A program made the position numbers and the translations under genes. A DNA stretch of 64,000 nucleotides from Candidatus Bathyarchaeota archaeon (lineage in GTDB: Archaea; Thermoproteota; Bathyarchaeia; Bathyarchaeales; Bathycorpusculaceae), in NCBI GenBank assembly GCA_963707955.1, contig OY970176.1, positions 704,001 through 768,000 of the forward strand. Reading direction: 5' to 3'. Positions 11,522-19,752 of the stretch are shown here, one piece after another. The notes beneath the pieces are model-generated. The model was not told where the DNA came from and did no database searches. It was given only the letters and a program-made list of their open reading frames with translations. Each line of letters opens with the position of its first letter. Positions within the stretch are counted from its first letter, which is position 1.

Positions 11522-11787
11522 GAGGACCGTTTAGAGGTTTTGAAAGGGATGAGATTGGAATAATCTTGTTGAGGAAGGTTCAAAAACACCCATTTCCTTC
11601 ATGCCTTTAACCTTGCTTTCATGAACCTACCTCTGTCAAGAGATCCTAAAATGGCTGACGCATCCATTGACAAAGACGCGCGCATGGCCACTTCAAAATG
11701 ACTGCTTGATCCCTATGAGAGTTGTGTCAATTGCTGTTTGTAAGCGAAGAGCTCATTCAAGAATGAGATAACGCACAACGGTTGAGA

Positions 11788-11874
11788 CTACTTCTTTAAG
11801 CGTTTCTCCTTGTGCTTCTTTCTTCTTTCTTCCCTTTCCTTTTTTGTCATCGGTTTCTTCTCAGCACTTCCCAT
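11788..11874 (-). CDS. Highly basic 28-aa peptide (MGSAEKKPMTKKEREERRKKHKEKRLKK)
   Basis: Clean ATG-TAG ORF, about half K/R, below the ORF-track cutoff. Confidence 0.5.
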   Translation of the reverse strand: MGSAEKKPMTKKEREERRKKHKEKRLKK

Positions 11875-12004
11875 GCTTAACAAAATCGCCATTTTGAATA
11901 GTCAAGGTTGAAAGCTAAATCTTGTGTGCACAGAAGCGCGCGCCAGTGTTAATGTTCTAAAAGTAATGTTGCTTCTGCTCTTCCTCATACTATATTACAG
12001 AAAA

Positions 12005-12613
12005 TCAGTCTGTAACATCGTCTTCATGAAACTCGTCTTTGAAGAATGACCCCTGCTCATCTTGTTCAATGCTTTCAATCTCATCAGCGTTAGCTTCCAT
12101 GAGTCTCTTCATCTTGCGGTCCTCAATTCGTTTCCGTACTTCCTTATGGGTCAAGTATCGAGACTGTGAATTGGTGCCTGAGACACCGTCGAACCATTCG
12201 CCGCCCAAGTCCAGTTTTTGTTCAGAAATCATGACTCGCGAGTCAGCGTTCTCTCGACTAGTTTTTTCATGATAATCGTCAATGTTCTTTGTGCCAACAA
12301 GATTGCCTTTGTCATCGTAGACTTCAATTGAACGAAGGCTTTGTTTTGGGTGTATTATGTGAAATGACGTTTCAAAACGGCAGTTTGGGCAATAGAACCG
12401 TATGTTGTTGAATTTCACGTCATGCCTAAGTCTGAAACTTTTTCCTGCGCATTGTGGGCAGCCATCATGTGCACATTTAGCTAGTGCGAGATTGTTTACA
12501 CTTGCCCATCTTAGGTATTGAGCTTCAAGTGAAGAATCATGCTCCATATCAGCGAATTCTGTCCAGCCATGTTTCCGTGGTCTGCCTCGATTTCTCGAAG
12601 TAATTATTGTCAT
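12005..12613 (-). CDS. Hypothetical protein with AT-hook-like RGRPRK and Cys-rich Zn-binding motifs
   Basis: RGRPRK near the N-terminus, CAHDGCPQC and CPNC, acidic C-terminus; start uncertain (ORF open to 12664). Confidence 0.65.
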   Translation of the reverse strand: MTIITSRNRGRPRKHGWTEFADMEHDSSLEAQYLRWASVNNLALAKCAHDGCPQCAGKSFRLRHDVKFNNIRFYCPNCRFETSFHIIHPKQSLRSIEVYDDKGNLVGTKNIDDYHEKTSRENADSRVMISEQKLDLGGEWFDGVSGTNSQSRYLTHKEVRKRIEDRKMKRLMEANADEIESIEQDEQGSFFKDEFHEDDVTD

Positions 12614-12996
12614 CAACCCAACCGAGTGCCACCAATACCGAAGTCTGCTTGTCCAAGAGAGCATCAGTTAGCACTCTGGCCAAATCGACAATGGGGATGC
12701 TAAGAATATTAACTTTAGTGCAGATTGCGCGCGCATCTACGACGCTTTGATACTAGCAGCCAACTACGGAAAACAATGGACATAAAACTCAGGGTTCAAA
12801 CGTGGGCTTTGACCTAAGACAATCCACTAGGCTTTCATGATTTGGGCAATCTTCGATCTTTTTTGGGATAATAATATATCACGTGTGCGGATGAGGGACA
12901 AGAAATCCGAGAAACAAACAATATAAGGCACATATGAGGCGTTTTCACAGATGTGCGTATAGTTCATTTATCTCTTGCATAAGGGGATGGGGTTAG

Positions 12997-13551
12997 CTGA
13001 CAATAATTGTTGACGATGCAGGCATAGGCGACCTACTTTTTGGCGTGGTCATAGGTGCCTTTCGCTGCGAGACTCAGGAATTTAGATACGATATCGTGGA
13101 TGTTAAATACTTTAGATATCCGCGATTCCGATCAAAAGAGTATCTGAAGCAGGCTTCGAAAGTCGTGTTTCAACTGCTGAGTAAACTCCAAATCAAGAAA
13201 GACGAACAAATTCAAATCTGCAGAGGATACATCTTCGACGAAGCGGTAGATCGTTTAAGAGAGATATATGGCGGCAGTCAAGTCGACAGAATCACAGTCA
13301 CTGGGGAGCCGCAGAGGCTGACGGAGATAGCATACCTTGACGAAATCAGAAACTTGGGTTATGAGCCTGTGAAAGAGAGAGACGAAGAAAAGGCAAAGAG
13401 CTTCTTCCATATGATGAACTGGCTGAAGAAAAATCCAGAAAAACTAATTTATGCAAAGACTGGCTGGCCACGCCTGCAGAGATACAGTTTATTCAGATCT
13501 TACTGTCAATGTCAAAGGCGATCAACAGAAGATAGAGAAATTTGTTCTTGA
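12997..13551 (+). CDS. Uncharacterised RNase H-like fold protein, probable CTG start
   Basis: N-terminal IIVDDAGIGDLLFGVVIG resembles the RNase HII first strand (xDEAG); in-frame TAG at 12994-12996 limits the start to CTG 12997. Confidence 0.7.
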   Translation: MTIIVDDAGIGDLLFGVVIGAFRCETQEFRYDIVDVKYFRYPRFRSKEYLKQASKVVFQLLSKLQIKKDEQIQICRGYIFDEAVDRLREIYGGSQVDRITVTGEPQRLTEIAYLDEIRNLGYEPVKERDEEKAKSFFHMMNWLKKNPEKLIYAKTGWPRLQRYSLFRSYCQCQRRSTEDREICS

Positions 13552-13638
13552 GTCTACAAAGTGCTCATTGGTCTTATGCAATTAGTAAGAAAATTGCCGA
13601 AGGCGTCTCTTTCAATGCGCACTTGTTTAATGCGCGCG

Positions 13639-13750
13639 CGTCTGCAGAGAACAGAAAAAGAGGGGGTTGCGCGGGAGACATCGGCACTTTACCATTCTAA
13701 AGCCTTAGGTAGGTAGTTTTTCCGTTTAGGTGGGTACTTTTCATTTTTTC
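13639..13750. repeat. ~110-bp direct repeat, copy B
   Basis: Aligns to 10915-11024. Confidence 0.9.
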
Positions 13751-13819
13751 TTTCTAAATAGCTTGCCACGCGCGCTTCATCAATAGCGCAAACGCCAGAC
13801 AGACCCTCGACCACACAAG

Positions 13820-13906
13820 AGCGTGCATGCATGTTCCTAAATCAGCGTGGGCTAACACATAACAAAAATCACCTCATGAGCGAATTTAGGAACGGTAATA
13901 CGCACC
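13820..13906. repeat. Convergent pair of ~28-bp dispersed repeats
   Basis: GTTCCTAAAT at 13833-13842 and ATTTAGGAAC at 13884-13893. Confidence 0.8.
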
Positions 13907-14092
13907 AGATGCACACGTAAGTCTCCTACGATATCCAAAAGAGTGTTCTTAAATGGTGCTGCTTGCGTTGGAATCTATTAATGATGCGTGAATTCATTAT
14001 GCCTAACATCGAGCGTGCTTTATGCTGGAATCACAAAAGCATTGATCTGCTTGAGCTCCCACGAAAAGGGTTTTGTCCAAGCAAGAAATGGT

Positions 14093-15253
14093 TCATGTAG
14101 GTCCGAAAGATGTTTGTGAACGTTGCGGTGCACCGTTCTCATTTTTCCTTCTTCGTCTTCGTCTGGCGTTGAGAAATAGAGCTAATCCCACTGCAAGGAA
14201 GACTATTATCATAGAGGTCACGATTGCTGGGATTACGTAAGGGGCCCAAGCGTATGGAATTTCCACCTGTCCAAACAGGGGCAACTCCCAGACGACCCAC
14301 ATGTTGGAGTAAGCATCCACGAAGTAGCCGTAGATGTTTTGAATCGAAGAGTCAAAAAGAACGAAACTCGCATCGTCACCATGATACAATTCTACTACGG
14401 TGGAGTTTGTCAAGCGAACATTAGAGTGCCCAAAGATATGGATGCCAGAGACAGTTGAGTTCGATATTTTCACACTCGAGAAATCGGGGCCGTCTATCTC
14501 AAGATATTCGAGTTTGGAAGCGTTAATGTCAATTGTACAATTCGACTGGTTGCTAGACGAGTTTACCTCCTGGTGAATAAAGGCACCGTCCAAGATTGAG
14601 TTTTGAACTTCGGCCTGCGATTGGTCCTCCATAATCAACCCACTCTTGGGGTACTCTCCATAATAGGACACCGGATAGAAGGTGCTCATAACGACATTTC
14701 TCATCCAGACTCTGGAATTGTTGCGACATATTATGTAATCTCCTAGCCCATCAGAGTACGAGATTTTGGAGTCCGTGATGTTTACGACGGCTTCGTCGCC
14801 AACGATGATGCAATGTTCGTCTGTGGGGTATGAAGCATTTGCGCTGAGAATCAATTCGCTGTTCACGATGGTTAGTTTAGCCTGATTCTGAAGTATCAAA
14901 TTATTTGTTCTCAAGTAAGGCTCGGCGGGTGTCTCGTTTGGATTCCAGTTTGAAATGAATGTGGCGTTGCTGATTGTCACTTCCGCATTGTCCTTTATGG
15001 TGAGTTTGCCGGCTTGGTTGAATTGGCAATCCTGTATTAGCAGAGTGTCATTATGTTCGACGACGATGTCTCCAAAGTGGCTAGTTGCATTTTGTTGCTG
15101 AACGTCAAGGGCCAAGGCATTCTTCACAACGAGGCTGGCAAACAACTGTGGATGAACAGCACTTCCAAAGGCCACTCCAAGAAGGGCAAAAAGAATCAGA
15201 GTCGCATTCAAAACAGACAAAGCTGGAGTGTGACAGGAGGCCTTCCTGTTCAA
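14093..15253 (-). CDS. Secreted, membrane-anchored beta-helix-like surface protein
   Basis: N-terminal hydrophobic signal, repeated (V/I)xIx(N/D)Sx(I/L) coils, C-terminal TM followed by RRRRRRK. Confidence 0.75.
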   Translation of the reverse strand: MNRKASCHTPALSVLNATLILFALLGVAFGSAVHPQLFASLVVKNALALDVQQQNATSHFGDIVVEHNDTLLIQDCQFNQAGKLTIKDNAEVTISNATFISNWNPNETPAEPYLRTNNLILQNQAKLTIVNSELILSANASYPTDEHCIIVGDEAVVNITDSKISYSDGLGDYIICRNNSRVWMRNVVMSTFYPVSYYGEYPKSGLIMEDQSQAEVQNSILDGAFIHQEVNSSSNQSNCTIDINASKLEYLEIDGPDFSSVKISNSTVSGIHIFGHSNVRLTNSTVVELYHGDDASFVLFDSSIQNIYGYFVDAYSNMWVVWELPLFGQVEIPYAWAPYVIPAIVTSMIIVFLAVGLALFLNARRRRRRKNENGAPQRSQTSFGPT

Positions 15254-15309
15254 CCTTATCCCATATGCCTAGGAAGTTGGGACTTAGAGTTAAAGCTTGT
15301 CATATGCGT

Positions 15310-15472
15310 AGCGCGCTAGCGTGTTCCTAGATTGGCTTCTTCAAGTGCGGCCTGATTGATCCGTGCTTATGAACGATGCTTCACGCGTCTGGAGTCACAG
15401 GGCCATCATGTATCTGACAGAGCCAACGGCGGAAGCCAACATAGCAAACGAATTTAGGAACAGCCATGCGCC
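15310..15472. repeat. Convergent pair of ~28-bp dispersed repeats
   Basis: TGTTCCTAGATT at 15322-15333 and AATTTAGGAACA at 15451-15462. Confidence 0.8.
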
Positions 15473-15499
15473 TAAGAAGGGGAGACGGTCGAGCACATC

Positions 15500-15665
15500 G
15501 AAAAGTTACTACCCTTGCCAGATCCTTTGCGAAGCGCTCTGCACGCGCTCGGCTTCAAGCCCATACAAATCCAGTAGGGCCTTCACCAACGCCTACGTGC
15601 AGTACTAGCACCCTAGGGGGGAGGGTAAAATAGACGAGGCCAAAACGCGAACACAGGGATGTAGC
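15500..15665 (+). repeat. ~170-bp repeat, copy 1 (possible mobile-element remnant)
   Basis: Aligns to the reverse complement of 25061-25232. Confidence 0.9.
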
Positions 15666-16370
15666 CCTCGCTGAAGTGGCCGTGGGACCTTCGGGTTCAG
15701 GAGCCTTTTCGACTTGCTTGTCCTTCTCATCCGCGGGTTTCTTGCCTGTGACCTCTGGAAGGGCAAATTCGACGACGATCAAGATCATTATGATGACAAG
15801 TATCACGATTATTCCGGTGGAGTTACGCATGAAAAGGGCAACGTGTCCGACCCATGGAATCCTCATTACGACCTTACCGATAACGTCTTGTACGGGAGTG
15901 TAACCAGCTACCGGCGAAGAGGGCGGTCCAGGCCCATCATTGGCGTCACCCTGAGTTATGAACGCCACGACCGTCCCGTTGCTTCCATACACATAGCTTA
16001 CGGCTCTGTGCACGATCAGTTCGTCGCTTCCACTGATACGAAACACGAGGATGTCGCCTGAGCGCCCGCTCGCATTGTATGGTGCTGCGTAAACGTCTTG
16101 TGGATTCACTCCCTCAACGATGATCAGGTCTCCAGTGTGAAGCGTCGGTCCAAACGGGTTGGACCACCCATCATCAACAACGCCTTTAGGAAGGCTCATG
16201 CTTCCAGAAGCCACAGCGAGCATCGGATACTGCGTGTCCAAAAAGAGACGCGAGCCGTACCAAAACCCGAAGACAACTGAGACTATGAAGAAAATCATCA
16301 CGACGGTCTGGAAAGAATCGCCTCTCCACAAACGCCCAGGTCTTGACGCTGACAATGATCGACCTTCCAT
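15555..16370 (-). CDS. Signal peptidase I (S26, Sec11-type); C-terminus runs into the repeat
   Basis: VASGSM catalytic Ser, GDLII, IVHRA, TQGDAN and IGKVV..IPWVG motifs. Confidence 0.9.
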   Translation of the reverse strand: MEGRSLSASRPGRLWRGDSFQTVVMIFFIVSVVFGFWYGSRLFLDTQYPMLAVASGSMSLPKGVVDDGWSNPFGPTLHTGDLIIVEGVNPQDVYAAPYNASGRSGDILVFRISGSDELIVHRAVSYVYGSNGTVVAFITQGDANDGPGPPSSPVAGYTPVQDVIGKVVMRIPWVGHVALFMRNSTGIIVILVIIMILIVVEFALPEVTGKKPADEKDKQVEKAPEPEGPTATSARATSLCSRFGLVYFTLPPRVLVLHVGVGEGPTGFVWA

Positions 16371-16481
16371 GGCTGAAGTTGTCTGTTGAACAAGAGCAGT
16401 GGAGCTTTAAAACTTAACGCTTTCGAAAAATGAAAAAGAGGGGAGAGGAGGATAGATGAAAGAGCCGTCAGAGTTTCGCGT

Positions 16482-16652
16482 CTAAATCTTTTTCTTGTTT
16501 AGAACTTCCCTGAACACTTTGTGATCCTTTGGACATTCGAAGAGTCCGATCTCCAGCTGAATCCTTTTTCCTGACTTGTCCGGGCGCCCAGCCATCGTCC
16601 ATGTTTTCTTTGGTTTTGAAACTTCAGTTCCGCATTTTGGACATTTAGCCAT
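16482..16652 (-). CDS. creN7: Chromatin protein Cren7-like, 56 aa (MAKCPKCGTEVSKPKKTWTMAGRPDKSGKRIQLEIGLFECPKDHKVFREVLNKKKI)
   Basis: PxKxWx(L/M)A...G....IGLF..P..K.FR Cren7 signature; GGAG SD upstream; pyrimidine-rich terminator downstream; missed by ORF track. Confidence 0.85.
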   Translation of the reverse strand: MAKCPKCGTEVSKPKKTWTMAGRPDKSGKRIQLEIGLFECPKDHKVFREVLNKKKI

Positions 16653-16888
16653 TTAATTTCCTCCGATATGTTTCCGTATCCATGGTTTCTCATGATGGTA
16701 GATAAATAACTTTCCATTGATCTTTGTCCAAGAAGCGCCTGTTCAACGACCATGCGCAAGTGCCTGCTTCCGCAAACTCCCACGTCAAGGTAAGTGAAGA
16801 CGCTGGATGAAAGCTGCCAAAACAGGCCGTGCGACTCAAACGTTTTATTCTTCCTCATTCTAGAATGTAGGCCTAAGGTTGGAAAAGC

Positions 16889-18307
16889 ATGGAACAGGAC
16901 ATCATAGATTACGCCTTAGAGTATGCACAGAGCAAGAAGGTCGAGTACGCCGAAGTTAGAAGCCAGAGCCAAGCATTGGACAGGATGGTGCTGAGAGACG
17001 GAATCCTAGAGGCATACGCTAAGGCTGTGGACAGCGGGTTCTGCGTGCGGATCATGGCAAACGGCGGGATCGGCTTCGCATCGACGAACAAGTGGTCGAA
17101 GAGCGAGACGAGAGACGTTGTGGACCTGGCGTTCAAATACGCGGGGGCTGCAAATCGAAAAGACAAGCTGTTTTTTGCCAAGGAGAAGGCGGTTAAGACA
17201 AGCTGGACTGCTGACCAAAAAAAGAAGATCGAGAACGTTCCAACTGAAGAAAGAGTGGCTACTCTCACTGAGGTCAACAGGGCTTTGGCGTCCTGCGGTG
17301 TCAAGATCGCGGCTGCAACGTCGCAGTGTTCGATAAACCTGATAACCAAGTATTTCGTAAACTCGGAGGGATCGCGCATATCATCCGTCGTTCCGAAGAT
17401 CGGGGCGTATTTCTTCATCGCAGTTGCAGAGAGTGGAAAGACTGAGCAGACTTCAGAACAGTTCGGCTACAGTGGCGGATGGGAAGCTTTTGATAAGTGG
17501 AAGATCGAAGAAAAAATGATTCACGATGCAAAAGTGCTCAGAGCCGTCATAACAAAGGCAAAAGTCCTGAAACCTGAAAAGATGGACCTGGTCTGTGGCC
17601 CCGAAGTTGCAGGAATAGCAGCGCATGAATCCTGCGGCCACCCCATGGAAGCTGACAGAATCCTGGGCCGAGAAATGAGCCAAGCTGGACGATCCTTCAT
17701 CTACGAGGGGGGCCCATACTGGATCGGCACAAGAATCGGCAGTGACGCTGTCACGGTCGTCGATGACCCTACGGTCGAGAACAGTTACGGGTACTATCTG
17801 TATGATGATGAAGGGGTCAAGGCTAGGCGCAGGTTTCTGTACAAGAAAGGCGTCATAAACGAGTTCTTGCACAACAGAGAATCAGCCGCGAAGATGGACA
17901 CGCGAAGCAACGGTTCTTCAAGATCCGAAAATTACGACCGAGAGGCCATAGTGCGCATGGCAAACACGTTCGTGCTTCCTGGAGAACTGACCGACGAGGA
18001 GCTGATTGAAGACGTCAAGTATGGCGTTTGCATGAAATCCTTCACTGAATGGAACATCGATGACAAGCGCTTCAACCAACGCTACGTTGGCAGAGAAGCA
18101 TACATGATAGAAAACGGTGAATTGACCCATCCTGTTGCGAGACCCGTTGTTGAAACCACTACGCAGAAGTTCTGGACCGCTGTCGACGGGGTATCCAAGA
18201 AAGTTGAGTTTGACTCGGCCACATGTGGCAAGGGCGACCCTGAGCAAGGGGCACAAGTGTACACAGGTGGCCCGTGGCTTAGACTTAGGGCGGTGTTCAT
18301 GAAATGA
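16889..18307 (+). CDS. tldD: TldD metalloprotease subunit
   Basis: HESCGHPMEAD (HExxxH), DDEG, RMANT and CGKG motifs. Confidence 0.95.
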   Translation: MEQDIIDYALEYAQSKKVEYAEVRSQSQALDRMVLRDGILEAYAKAVDSGFCVRIMANGGIGFASTNKWSKSETRDVVDLAFKYAGAANRKDKLFFAKEKAVKTSWTADQKKKIENVPTEERVATLTEVNRALASCGVKIAAATSQCSINLITKYFVNSEGSRISSVVPKIGAYFFIAVAESGKTEQTSEQFGYSGGWEAFDKWKIEEKMIHDAKVLRAVITKAKVLKPEKMDLVCGPEVAGIAAHESCGHPMEADRILGREMSQAGRSFIYEGGPYWIGTRIGSDAVTVVDDPTVENSYGYYLYDDEGVKARRRFLYKKGVINEFLHNRESAAKMDTRSNGSSRSENYDREAIVRMANTFVLPGELTDEELIEDVKYGVCMKSFTEWNIDDKRFNQRYVGREAYMIENGELTHPVARPVVETTTQKFWTAVDGVSKKVEFDSATCGKGDPEQGAQVYTGGPWLRLRAVFMK

Positions 18308-19629
18308 TCGACGCAATGAGTAAAACGGAAGAGATCATCAAGAAAGCGAAAGTGCTAGGCGCTGACGAAGTTATCGCCAGTACAGTTTTTGGCAAGTACC
18401 GTCAGGTCCGCTTCAGCAACAACCAAATAGACATAACCGTTGCTTGGAACGATTATGCGACTGATGTGATCCTGGCCTGGAAGAAACGCGTGGTTGCAAC
18501 ACAGATACACAACTTCCGCGAATTCGATGCCAGCCTCAGGCAACTGATGAAGCTTGTGAAGGTTTCTAAAGAAAATCCGACCTTCGGAGGCTTCGCAAAA
18601 GGCACTTTTCGCTATGCGAAGAGCAGGGCTGACAAGAAGATTGAAAACCTAGAGAACCTGACGGATCACGTTTCTGCAGCGATAGAAGCCGCCAAGAAAG
18701 AAGCTGGATCAAAGGTCGAAAGCGGTGGCATACTCCTTGCCAAATTTGAGGACGTTTACTTCGCTTCTTCTGAAGGACCGGCCGGCGTGGACACGAGATC
18801 AGCGATCGAGCTTTCTATCAGGGCTTTTTCGGAGAGAGAAGCCTCGGGGCATGGTGTTGAATGCAGCTCAACGCTGAGAGAGTTTGAACCTTCTAGGGCA
18901 GGAGCAAAGGCTGGCGAGATTGCCAAGATGGCTAAGAACCCAAGTTTAGGCGATGAGGGCGTTTATGATGTTGTCTTTGACCCGTTGATTTTCGGTTCTC
19001 TGCTCGGAGTTTGGGCCGGGATGGCTTCGGCCTACTCGATTATGACGCGGACATCCATATTCGTTGACAAGCTCGGCAAAGATGTGGCGCCTGAAATCGT
19101 GACGTTGAAGGACAACCCTGCTCCCTACTCACTGTCCAACAGGGTCTTCGATGACGAAGGTGTTCCGACAAGAGAGAACATTTTCATAGACCACGGCTCC
19201 TTCAAGACCTATCTTCATAATGCGTCGACAGCGAAGATCTTCAAGACCGAGACAACTGGCAACGCGGGCTTGATTGCTCCAACTCCATGGAATGCAGAAA
19301 TGGAACCTGGAGACGCGAGCAGAGAAGAGCTCTTTAAAGAAATGAAGAGGGGGCTTTACCTGACTAACACGTGGTACACGCGCTTCCAAAACTCTGCGAA
19401 GGGTGATTTCTCAACTATTCCCAGGGACGGCGTCTTCCTCGTAGAAAAGGGAGAGATTAAACGGTCGCTTAAAGACCTGCGAATAAGCGATAACGCATTA
19501 GCCATGCTTGGCAACATTGCGGGTGTTTCAAGAGAGAGGCAGCACGTCCACTGGTGGGAGGAAGCAGACCCACCGTCGCTAAGCCCCTACGTCCTGATGA
19601 AAAACGTGCACATAACCAAGTCTAAGTAA
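18304..19629 (+). CDS. pmbA: TldE/PmbA subunit
   Basis: FDDEGVPT, TTGNAG and GDFS motifs; no HExxxH; ATGA overlap with tldD. Confidence 0.93.
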   Translation: MIDAMSKTEEIIKKAKVLGADEVIASTVFGKYRQVRFSNNQIDITVAWNDYATDVILAWKKRVVATQIHNFREFDASLRQLMKLVKVSKENPTFGGFAKGTFRYAKSRADKKIENLENLTDHVSAAIEAAKKEAGSKVESGGILLAKFEDVYFASSEGPAGVDTRSAIELSIRAFSEREASGHGVECSSTLREFEPSRAGAKAGEIAKMAKNPSLGDEGVYDVVFDPLIFGSLLGVWAGMASAYSIMTRTSIFVDKLGKDVAPEIVTLKDNPAPYSLSNRVFDDEGVPTRENIFIDHGSFKTYLHNASTAKIFKTETTGNAGLIAPTPWNAEMEPGDASREELFKEMKRGLYLTNTWYTRFQNSAKGDFSTIPRDGVFLVEKGEIKRSLKDLRISDNALAMLGNIAGVSRERQHVHWWEEADPPSLSPYVLMKNVHITKSK

Positions 19630-19752
19630 GCACTGACAGTTTTCCTATTCCATCTTGTCCAGAATGCTACGTCAGTTAGCACATGCTTGCAACATCAATC
19701 TTCTTGAATTCTTCCTGATTATGCTGTCCAAAATCCTTTTACCTGTGACTTC

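Noticed and set aside
13820-15472. Repeat doublets as integron attC sites
   Set aside because: Orientation is GTT...AAC rather than RYYYAAC...GTTRRRY, and no integron integrase is in the window
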